A stretch of 32,000 nucleotides of DNA, from NCBI RefSeq assembly GCF_009734345.1, contig NZ_CP032551.1, forward strand, positions 150,001 through 182,000, in the 5' to 3' direction. Source of the stretch: Pseudidiomarina andamanensis (lineage in GTDB: Bacteria > Pseudomonadota > Gammaproteobacteria > Enterobacterales > Alteromonadaceae). Below the pieces are notes generated by a model that saw only the letters and a list, made by a program, of their open reading frames with translations, did not search any database and was not told the origin of the DNA. This document shows, in pieces, positions 15,949 to 23,831 of the stretch (positions are counted from its first letter, which is position 1; every line of letters starts with the position of its first letter). The translations under genes were made by a program, and so were the position numbers.

Positions 15949-16803
15949 ATGCGTGGTTTGAAACTTGGCGTACTAAGTGCGGTTATGTTGTTTGCTTCGA
16001 CAACCGCTCAAGCACAATCAAATATGGACGACGTGGAGATTAAAGCCACGCAGCTGAGTGAACGGGTTTACATGCTAACTGGCATGGGCGGCAACATTGG
16101 CGTCTATGTTGGTGACGATGGCGTTGTTATGATTGATGCCCAGTACAAAGGGTTAGCTGATAAAATTACGGCAGCTATTGCTAAGATTTCTGAGCAACCA
16201 ATACGCACTCTAGTGAATACCCACTTTCACGGCGACCACACCGATGGTAATGCAGCGTTCGCGAAACAGGGCGTTAAAATAGTGGCTCATGAAAATGTGA
16301 AAACGCGTTTGGCAGCCAATGAGAAGTTTGAACGTGAAGGTCTTCCAACTATTACCTTTGATAAGTCTCTTGAGGTGAAAACAGGTTCAACTGCTGTGCG
16401 TTTGAAGCATTACCCACATGGTCATACCGATGGTGACGTGGTGGTGTGGTTCCCAAGCAGTAATATTATTCACGCTGGTGACTTATTCTTTGTGGATCGC
16501 TTCCCGTTCATTGATTTGAATGCGGGTGGTAACGTACAAGGTTTCATCGACAATGTGCGCGCGGTTATTGCTGATATTGATGGTGACACGCAAATTATTC
16601 CGGGTCATGGAAGTTTATCAAAACGTAGCGATTGGTTACGTTTGGTTCATATGATTGAAGCAACCCGTGAAGAAGTCATGACCATGAAAGAGCAGGGCAT
16701 GACTGAAGATGAAGCGGTAGCAAAAGGCCTTAGTGAACAATGGGCTGATTGGTCATGGAGCTTCATCACTGAAGAACGTTGGATTCGTACGTTGTACAAG
16801 TAA
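15949..16803 (+). CDS. Exported metallo-beta-lactamase-fold hydrolase
   Basis: HxHxDH motif (HFHGDHTDG) plus downstream His/Asp ligands. Signal peptide MRGLKLGVLSAVMLFASTTAQA|Q. ATG 15949 follows an AGGAG SD; the track start at 15895 overlaps the upstream gene. Confidence 0.85.
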   Translation: MRGLKLGVLSAVMLFASTTAQAQSNMDDVEIKATQLSERVYMLTGMGGNIGVYVGDDGVVMIDAQYKGLADKITAAIAKISEQPIRTLVNTHFHGDHTDGNAAFAKQGVKIVAHENVKTRLAANEKFEREGLPTITFDKSLEVKTGSTAVRLKHYPHGHTDGDVVVWFPSSNIIHAGDLFFVDRFPFIDLNAGGNVQGFIDNVRAVIADIDGDTQIIPGHGSLSKRSDWLRLVHMIEATREEVMTMKEQGMTEDEAVAKGLSEQWADWSWSFITEERWIRTLYK

Positions 16804-16808
16804 TCAAA

Positions 16809-16847
16809 ATGCATAAAAAAGCCGCTTGAAGCGGCTTTTTTATGCAT
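16809..16847. terminator. Bidirectional intrinsic terminator with perfect 17-bp inverted arms
   Basis: atgcataaaaaagccgc (16809-16825), loop ttgaa, gcggcttttttatgcat (16831-16847). A GC stem with A/T runs on both sides, lying between convergent genes. Confidence 0.85.
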
Positions 16848-16855
16848 GTAACCAA

Positions 16856-17254
16856 CTAAGCTGGTGTTTCGATCGGTAGAGCATCGAGTTCTGCTTTCGT
16901 TTTGCCATGTGGTTGTGGCGTGCGAGTTTCCGGATCGATATGAACGAAGACAATATCATCGGCTACACAAATATTTTGCTTGGTTTGCTTATTGCGAACC
17001 ACGCAAGTGAGCGTGACCGAGGTATTACCTACTTTTTTTACACCAAGACCAAATTCAACCACGTCGCCTTGATAGGCTGATGTTTCAAACGCGATGGCGC
17101 CGATGTGCTTCGTAACTAGGCTTTTCGCATCGAGTTGGCAGGCCGCAAAGATATAGGCTTCTTCATCAATCCATTCAAGAATACGGCCACCAAATAAAGA
17201 GCCGGCAAAGTTAAGATCGTTCGGCATGACGAGGCGACGAGATAAAAAGCGCAT
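16856..17254 (-). CDS. Hotdog-fold acyl-CoA thioesterase (YciA/BFIT-like)
   Basis: 132 aa. The N-terminal block RRLVMPNDLNFAGSLFGGRILEWIDE resembles the acyl-CoA thioester hydrolase family (E. coli YciA: LAMPADTNANGDIFGG). AAGGAG SD upstream. Confidence 0.75.
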   Translation of the reverse strand: MRFLSRRLVMPNDLNFAGSLFGGRILEWIDEEAYIFAACQLDAKSLVTKHIGAIAFETSAYQGDVVEFGLGVKKVGNTSVTLTCVVRNKQTKQNICVADDIVFVHIDPETRTPQPHGKTKAELDALPIETPA

Positions 17255-17308
17255 CAGTGTTCACTCCTTGTGGGTTCAGATGCGCTTAGTATAACGTATT
17301 CATGAAAC

Positions 17309-19609
17309 TTATCGTAAGTGTCGATTAAAAAAGTCGGTGACCAGTTGATAGCGATGAATACTTGCCTCGCGCCCGCGAATGCCGTGGGCTTTGCCGGGAT
17401 AGGCCATCATGTCAAATGGAATCATCGATTGCTGCAATCGATGCGCAAGCATCGCTGTGTGGGTAAATAGAACGTTGTCATCGGCCATGCCATGATAAAT
17501 CATCAACGGTTTTTTCAGGTTATCCGCATAGGTCAAGACATTGGCTTGTTGATACCCTTCAGGGTTATCTTGCGGCGTTCCCATGTAACGTTCAGTGTAA
17601 TGGGTATCGTAGAGTGCCCAGTCGGTCACTGGGGCGCCGGCAACTGCTGCAGAGAATAGCTCTGGTGCGCGCATGATTAAATGTAGCGCCATATAACCGC
17701 CGTAACTGTGACCGAATACCCCGATGCGACTACTATTCACATACGGTTGCTTCGCGAGCCATTTCGCGCCGACTTTTTGATCGGCTACTTCAAGTTGACT
17801 CAACTGACGATAAATACCGCTTTCAAACTGACGGCCGCGATTGCCACTACCGCGATTGTCCAGTTTAAACACCACATAGCCTTGTTGAACCAGGTACTGG
17901 GTAAAGTAGTCGCCCCAACTATTGGTCACACGCTGCGCACGCGGACCGCCGTAAACCATCACAATAGCTGGATGATTTTGATTATCAGCTATCTGCGCTG
18001 GCTTATTTATTTGATAGTACAAACGTTGGCCATCGGCGGCTTCTAAATGACCGAACTCTGGATAGCTCCACGTAGCGAGATATGGGCTTAGCGGATGCCC
18101 TTGGTCAAGACGGTTTTCATGCAGCCAGGTAATCCGTTCGCCGGTTGGTCCGTGCAGGCTAACCTGTGGAGGTTGACGGCTACTGGAAAAATAATCGATA
18201 TAGCTACGCCCATCGGCCGCAAACACCACATTGTGCATACCTGCTCGGGTGCTCAATTGACTCGGTTGTCCTGGTGAGCTGTTATTTAAGTTAGCGCGAT
18301 ACAAATGACGCTCTAACGGGGTCTCTTTACGACCGGTAAAATAAATAACGCCGGTAATTTCATCCACATGACTGAGATTATCTACCATCCAATCGCCACT
18401 GGTCAGTTGTCGAATGAGGCTACCGTCGGTGCGATACAAATACAAATGTTTGAAACCACTGCGTTCAGAGGCCCAAATGAAATAACGGCTATCACTTAAA
18501 AAATAGAGGTCATCGTTTAAGTTAATCCAAGTTGTGCTGGTTTCTTCCAGAATTGATTTGGATGTTTTTTCAGCCAACGTATACATCATCAGTGTGAGTC
18601 TATTCTGGCTCCGGTTTTGCCACTGATAACTGAAGCTAAGGCTGTTAGGAAGCCATTTCACCCGAGCCAAATAGCCTTGTTCGTTATGGTGTTTGGCAAG
18701 ATTCAACCAGTGAACCGTTGCTGGTGTGGCGGGTACCTTATCGTCTTTATCTGACGCTAGTGCATCCGCAATATTTAGCCACCCGAGATCAAGAGCGACA
18801 TTGTTCGTGCCTGCGGCAGGGTAGCGTTGCTCAACGAGTTCGGTACGCTCTGCATAAACATCAACGCGTTGTTGAACATCAACCGGTGAGAGATCGATGC
18901 GGGTGAGTGCAATGTGCTGTTCATTCGGGCTCCACCAATAGCCTGTCATACGCTTCATTTCTTCTTGTGCGACAAACTCTGCGGTAGCGAATTGCTCGGT
19001 ATCTGATTGGCGTTTGGTGAGTTGGTAAGTTTTTCGTGTTTTACGGTCAATGACGTATAAGTTGTAGTCATGAACGTAGCTAATGAAATTACCCTCAGGC
19101 GAAAAGCGAGCGTCGGTTGCGAAAACTTTGTCATCCGTTAACTGAGCAACCTTACTAGTTGCTATATCGAATAAGTAAAGCTCTCCATTCACTGGGAATA
19201 ACAAGGCATTACCAGTTGGTGACCATTGGTAATCAACGATGCCACTCGAGCTGATTCGCAAGCGTTCGCGACGCGCTTTTTCTTCTGTAGATAAGCGTTG
19301 ATTAGGGTCGCTTAACTCATTCGCTTTAACGATAATCTGATGTTTGTTCTCGCGCACATCGTACAACCATAAATCTTGTACATTTGGCTGTTCATTTGAC
19401 CCCGCTAAATAACTTATATGTCGCCCAGAGGGAGCAAATTTGATTTGTTGTGGCGCTGGGGTTGTTAGGTTTGGTGCAGAAAAAATACGCTTAATGGAAA
19501 GCGGCTCAACTTGTTGAATGGCATTTTGCGGTAACGGTGACGCCAACAAAGAGACACTTAGAAAACCAATAAAGATAATAATAGCTTGCAGTACACGAGT
19601 ACAACGCAT
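17309..19609 (-). CDS. Exported S9B-family dipeptidyl-peptidase IV-like serine peptidase
   Basis: 766 aa with a signal peptide. Long beta-propeller-type N-terminal region. C-terminal alpha/beta hydrolase with the Ser elbow GHSYGGYM, Asp in HGMADDNV and His in GKAHGI. Confidence 0.88.
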   Translation of the reverse strand: MRCTRVLQAIIIFIGFLSVSLLASPLPQNAIQQVEPLSIKRIFSAPNLTTPAPQQIKFAPSGRHISYLAGSNEQPNVQDLWLYDVRENKHQIIVKANELSDPNQRLSTEEKARRERLRISSSGIVDYQWSPTGNALLFPVNGELYLFDIATSKVAQLTDDKVFATDARFSPEGNFISYVHDYNLYVIDRKTRKTYQLTKRQSDTEQFATAEFVAQEEMKRMTGYWWSPNEQHIALTRIDLSPVDVQQRVDVYAERTELVEQRYPAAGTNNVALDLGWLNIADALASDKDDKVPATPATVHWLNLAKHHNEQGYLARVKWLPNSLSFSYQWQNRSQNRLTLMMYTLAEKTSKSILEETSTTWINLNDDLYFLSDSRYFIWASERSGFKHLYLYRTDGSLIRQLTSGDWMVDNLSHVDEITGVIYFTGRKETPLERHLYRANLNNSSPGQPSQLSTRAGMHNVVFAADGRSYIDYFSSSRQPPQVSLHGPTGERITWLHENRLDQGHPLSPYLATWSYPEFGHLEAADGQRLYYQINKPAQIADNQNHPAIVMVYGGPRAQRVTNSWGDYFTQYLVQQGYVVFKLDNRGSGNRGRQFESGIYRQLSQLEVADQKVGAKWLAKQPYVNSSRIGVFGHSYGGYMALHLIMRAPELFSAAVAGAPVTDWALYDTHYTERYMGTPQDNPEGYQQANVLTYADNLKKPLMIYHGMADDNVLFTHTAMLAHRLQQSMIPFDMMAYPGKAHGIRGREASIHRYQLVTDFFNRHLR

Positions 19610-19703
19610 TGCGACCTAACCCTGATATTTGAATAAACAATACTAGTTTATCAAAGCTAGGCGCAATACTTGTCACAGTGCGATAAAGCGTACAATGAGT
19701 GCG

Positions 19704-21845
19704 CTAGAATTCGCCACGTAACCCAATACTAAAGTTGCGACCACGCATAGGAGCGTCTTCTTTCAAGAAAGATGAGTGGACGTAGCCGAGTTCGTCGGTC
19801 AAATTCTCTGCCTTGAAGTACAGGCTGATATTGTGCGCCGCAAGAGCTTGCGGAAACCAATTGAGCTGGGCATTAACTAAACCAAAACTATCCGTTTTTT
19901 CTTCTAACGGTGCCACATAGGTTTGCTTGTTGTACCAAGTGTAGCCAAGTTTGGTTTCCCAACGATCAGCCGCATAACGCAATTCTGCCCCAATACGTTG
20001 CGATGGAATGCGCGGTAAATTTTCACCGCCATCGCGTACTTTGGCTCGCACATAGTCACTAAAACCGTGTAGTTGCCATTGTTCGTTAAATTCGTAACGA
20101 GTACTTAGTTCATAACCATACAAATCAACGTTACGTTGAACATAACTGATTACTGGCAGCCCTTCGGCATGGTCGTGAACGTCGCCGTCGTTATGTTCGC
20201 CTTCGGCTTCAATATCAACGCTATTGATGCCAGTGAAAGCGCCATAGACGAAATCGTTCACACGATTATAAAAGACATTCCAGTCCATATGAAAATGGCT
20301 GTAGTCAAGGTGCAAACCAATATCGATGTTGTTCGATACCTCGACTTCAGGTGCAACATCAGCAGGCTCAATATGGTAAGCATGCTCGGCCTCTTCATGT
20401 ACGCTGTAAGCTAAACCGATCTCATAGGTTTGCGTTGCCAAGTGCGCGCCGTTGGAGAGTAACTCGTTGGCTGAAGGAGCACGCTGCGCATGACTTAGAT
20501 TCGTTGATAATTGCATGCCAGGTATTAGCGGATAGGTAAAACCTACCGATGCAGACACAGGCGTGAAGGAATAGTCATTCACATCGACATCTTCCACACG
20601 CGCACCAACTTGCCAATTGAGTGCGTCGATATTTCTTTCAAGCAACCAAAATAACCCGTGCTTCGTGGTCGTCGAGTTCGGCGTGTAAGCTTCTTCACCA
20701 AAGGCTTCTTGGGCCTGGTCGAAATAATGATATCCAAATGCTCCTTCCCAACCGAACAACGCTTGATGGTTCGCAGTTAAACGCAGTTCATGCAGATTGT
20801 TGGTAAATGTGGTGCTTGGCTCACCGTCTTCAATTTCTTGGTGCTGGTAATCGGTGAAACCATAACGGAGTTCAACACGCTCGATATTAGTGAATGGATT
20901 GAGCCAACCGCCATGCACTTGAATACGGTTTTGCCACATATCGGCAAACGGACCAACTTCAGTGTGCTCTTCAACGCCAGCTGATTCTTCATGCTCTTCT
21001 TCGCCATGCTCTTCTTCACCATGCCCATGACCAGGAATGCCATATTGTTGCTCTAAGCGCCCGTAAGATGCGCCTAAATAACCGTTGTCAAAGATATAAC
21101 TCACGCCAACGTTTGCACCCTGGGCATCAATGAAGCTGTTTTCAATTTCATTGGTGGTCTCCCCTTCATCATTGGTGAACTCGGGTACTTGGTAATCATC
21201 GCTACGACGTTTAAAAGCATCAAAGTGCCAAACCGTGTTTTTATGATCTGCCGTGAAACCGGCAGTGCCTTCGCGTAAGTTGCTGGCGCTATCGAACTTC
21301 GTTCCGTAGAAACCGTTTGTACCGCCTGTTAACTCTTGAGCGATACGGTTATCAACAACATTCACCACGCCGCCAATTGCACCAGAACCGTAAAGCAGAG
21401 TTGCGGGACCACGGAATATCTCGATTTGCTGGGCAACGGAAGTTTCCGTCGTCACTGCGTGATCAGGTGAGCCTCGTGAGACATCGCCACTATCAAGACC
21501 GTTCTGGGTGATTTTGACACGCGGGCCATCTAAGCCTCGAATAATTGGACTACTGGCCACGCCGGCGAAATGCGTGGCATTGACGCCCGGTTCATGGGCC
21601 AAGGTTTCACCCAATGTGTGAGCATGCTGTTCACGCAATTCATCGCCAGCCATGACAGAAATAGGCTGTGCTGACTCAAGAGCTGTTCTATTTAATGGGC
21701 TTGCGGTGACAACAATCACTTCCGTATCTTCGTGCTCGTGAGCTTCTTGCTCTGCTTGTTGCGCTAAAACTGTGGCGCTGGCAGTTAAACTGACAAAACT
21801 TGTTACGAATAATGCCAATGGACTCTTACGAAACTGCGATACCAT
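19704..21845 (-). CDS. TonB-dependent outer-membrane receptor with His/Glu-rich loops, ZnuD-like (putative zinc-regulated)
   Basis: 713 aa. Signal peptide and plug region (EVIVVTAS..., DGPRVKITQNG), with a C-terminal ...GLRGEF ending in Phe. His-rich inserts HGHGEEEHGEEEHEESAGVEEHTE, EAEHAYH and GEHNDGDVHDHAEG. Zur box 32-54 bp upstream. Confidence 0.85.
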   Translation of the reverse strand: MVSQFRKSPLALFVTSFVSLTASATVLAQQAEQEAHEHEDTEVIVVTASPLNRTALESAQPISVMAGDELREQHAHTLGETLAHEPGVNATHFAGVASSPIIRGLDGPRVKITQNGLDSGDVSRGSPDHAVTTETSVAQQIEIFRGPATLLYGSGAIGGVVNVVDNRIAQELTGGTNGFYGTKFDSASNLREGTAGFTADHKNTVWHFDAFKRRSDDYQVPEFTNDEGETTNEIENSFIDAQGANVGVSYIFDNGYLGASYGRLEQQYGIPGHGHGEEEHGEEEHEESAGVEEHTEVGPFADMWQNRIQVHGGWLNPFTNIERVELRYGFTDYQHQEIEDGEPSTTFTNNLHELRLTANHQALFGWEGAFGYHYFDQAQEAFGEEAYTPNSTTTKHGLFWLLERNIDALNWQVGARVEDVDVNDYSFTPVSASVGFTYPLIPGMQLSTNLSHAQRAPSANELLSNGAHLATQTYEIGLAYSVHEEAEHAYHIEPADVAPEVEVSNNIDIGLHLDYSHFHMDWNVFYNRVNDFVYGAFTGINSVDIEAEGEHNDGDVHDHAEGLPVISYVQRNVDLYGYELSTRYEFNEQWQLHGFSDYVRAKVRDGGENLPRIPSQRIGAELRYAADRWETKLGYTWYNKQTYVAPLEEKTDSFGLVNAQLNWFPQALAAHNISLYFKAENLTDELGYVHSSFLKEDAPMRGRNFSIGLRGEF

Positions 21846-21876
21846 GAGTTGGAATCTCCGATCTATCTGTAAATAT

Positions 21877-21899
21877 GTAATGTTATACTATAACAATAT
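21877..21899. promoter_or_regulatory. Zur box in the divergent promoter region
   Basis: GTAATGTTATACTATAACAATAT, with a perfect 7-1-7 core palindrome TGTTATAcTATAACA (21881-21895). Matches the gammaproteobacterial Zur consensus GAAATGTTATAWTATAACATTTC (recalled). Confidence 0.75.
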
Positions 21900-21995
21900 A
21901 TCAAGTTTTATGTTGTCGCAAGCGCTAGTATGCGATGCAGAGGTTGGTTACACTGTCGGAGACCTTTTTATAATGACAATAATTGGACGTTAACT

Positions 21996-23624
21996 ATGCG
22001 ATTTTTTTCATATATCGGTGCTATTGCGGTAGCGCTGAGTCTCTCGGCTTGTGCCGATGAATCTCAATCGAATGAAGCTGTAAGTGCCGACGCTGCAGCG
22101 TTACAAGCACATCTTGAATTTCTAGCGAGCGATGATCTTGAAGGGCGTGATACTGGTAGCCGCGGCCATGAAATTGCGGCGAAGTACATTGCTACTGAGT
22201 TTAAAAGCTTAGGTTTAGAGCCGGCTGGTGATGACGGAACCTACTTTCAACGCATCAAATTTCGCCGCAGTTTTCTTGAAGAAAACAGCGCATCGTTTAC
22301 CTTAAATACTGGTGACGAAGAAATTAGCTTGGATTATCCAAAAGAATTTATCACTGGGCCGAGCGCTTACAGTGAAAAAGATGATGTTGAAGCACCGTTA
22401 GTTTTTGTTGGTTATGGTTTGGTTTCAGAAGCTTTTGGTATCAATGATTACGAAGGTCTTGATGTTGAAGGCAAGATTGTTGTGATGGTCAGCGGTCGTC
22501 CAGAGGAGTTACCCAGCGAAGAAGGCGCCCATCTAAATAGCAGCAAAACAAAGTTCGCAGCAGAGCGCGGTGCGGTTGGTATTATCAACTTACATACGCC
22601 AGCTCGCGAAGAAGTGCGTCCATTTGAAGTGAGCATTATGTATCAACGTGCACCAAGCGTTCGTTGGTTACATCCAAACGGCGAGCCAAACGTTGCATAT
22701 AAGAACATCGCGGCATCAGCCTACGTTCAGCATGAAGCGGCTGAAAAATTATTTGTGAATGCGCCAGTTAAGCTAGAAGAAATTTTTGCTCAGTTAGAAG
22801 CGGGTGAATCACCAAAAGGATTTGATTTAGGTGTGAGTGCTCGTTTGCAGCGCGCATCGCGTCACGAGGAAATCAGCAGCCCTAATGTTGTGGCTGTACT
22901 TCCGGGCAGCGATGAAAAACTCAAGAATGAATATGTGCTTTATACGGCGCATTCTGATCACATTGGCATGACCAAAGATTTGAGCCAAGATGACCATATT
23001 AACAATGGCGCAATGGATAATGCTTCTGGCGTCTCGGTGATGCTTGAAACGGCTCGTATGTTCAAAGAGAGCGGAAAGCAGCCGAAACGCTCAATCATGT
23101 TCTTGTCTGTTACAGCTGAAGAGCGCGGTTTGCTGGGTGCTGATTACTTTGCACATCATCCAACTGTACCGTTGAGTCAGATTGTGGCGAACGTAAACCT
23201 TGATATGCCAGTGTTGCTATATGATTTTGCTGACGTGATTGCCTTCGGCTCAACTCACTCAACTTTGGGTGGGTCGGTTGCGCGAGCTGCGGGGCAATTC
23301 GGTATTGAGCTCAGTGAAGACCCAATGCCTGAGCAAGCTATTTTCACACGTTCAGATCACTACCCGTTTGTGAAAAAAGGCGTGCCAGCGGTATTTTTAA
23401 TGACGGGCTTTACTTCGAAAACTGAAGGTGAAGATGGTGGCGAAGTGTGGGGCAAATTCTTTGCTGAACATTATCACCGTCCAAGTGATCAGCCAGACTT
23501 GCCAATTAACTATGAAGCTGGCGTAACCTTTACTAATATCAACTTTGCAATTGGTCAAGAAATAGCGAACCAAGTTGAGCGTCCGCGCTGGTTACCAGAG
23601 AGTTTCTTCTCGCAGCTTGATTAA
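21996..23624 (+). CDS. Lipoprotein M28-family zinc aminopeptidase with PA domain
   Basis: Lipobox MRFFSYIGAIAVALSLSA|C. M28 metal-ligand blocks (HSDH, NGAMDNASG, EERGLLGA, NLDM, SDH). The track start at 21930 is an upstream extension into the promoter region. Confidence 0.85.
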   Translation: MRFFSYIGAIAVALSLSACADESQSNEAVSADAAALQAHLEFLASDDLEGRDTGSRGHEIAAKYIATEFKSLGLEPAGDDGTYFQRIKFRRSFLEENSASFTLNTGDEEISLDYPKEFITGPSAYSEKDDVEAPLVFVGYGLVSEAFGINDYEGLDVEGKIVVMVSGRPEELPSEEGAHLNSSKTKFAAERGAVGIINLHTPAREEVRPFEVSIMYQRAPSVRWLHPNGEPNVAYKNIAASAYVQHEAAEKLFVNAPVKLEEIFAQLEAGESPKGFDLGVSARLQRASRHEEISSPNVVAVLPGSDEKLKNEYVLYTAHSDHIGMTKDLSQDDHINNGAMDNASGVSVMLETARMFKESGKQPKRSIMFLSVTAEERGLLGADYFAHHPTVPLSQIVANVNLDMPVLLYDFADVIAFGSTHSTLGGSVARAAGQFGIELSEDPMPEQAIFTRSDHYPFVKKGVPAVFLMTGFTSKTEGEDGGEVWGKFFAEHYHRPSDQPDLPINYEAGVTFTNINFAIGQEIANQVERPRWLPESFFSQLD

Positions 23625-23650
23625 TCAGGTTGTGATTATAAAGTAAGCAG

Positions 23651-23682
23651 GGCGCCGCTTTTTTGAGCGGCGCCTTTTTTTT
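23651..23682 (+). terminator. Rho-independent terminator after the M28 peptidase gene
   Basis: Stem ggcgccgc (23651-23658), loop ttttttga, stem gcggcgcc (23667-23674), then T8 (23675-23682). Confidence 0.85.
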
Positions 23683-23831
23683 ATCGGATATATCCCGCAA
23701 AACAACTAATTTTCATTGTTCTTTTCCGTCGTCTTGGTAGTTTGCTTCGCCTTTTGCTCGAGAGAGCAGGAGATTTGGTGAGAGCATTGACGCTCTTACA
23801 ACAAAAATAACTAAGATTTTTATCTGGAGAG

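Noticed and set aside
17664-17690. GGTGCGCGCATGATTAAATGTAGCGCC, superficially similar to the XerC arm of a dif site
   Set aside because: It lies inside the DPP-IV-like CDS. The XerD arm (TTATGTTAAAT) and the central-region spacing do not match.
23683-23831. About 150-nt leader upstream of the large TonB-dependent receptor, checked for a riboswitch (cobalamin B12 box, TPP, glycine), a Fur box or a second Zur box. Also the 10-bp palindrome GGATATATCC (23686-23695).
   Set aside because: I found no match to the conserved cores of those riboswitches or to the GATAATGATAATCATTATC or Zur consensus. The short palindrome is within chance expectation. Regulation of this receptor remains unknown.
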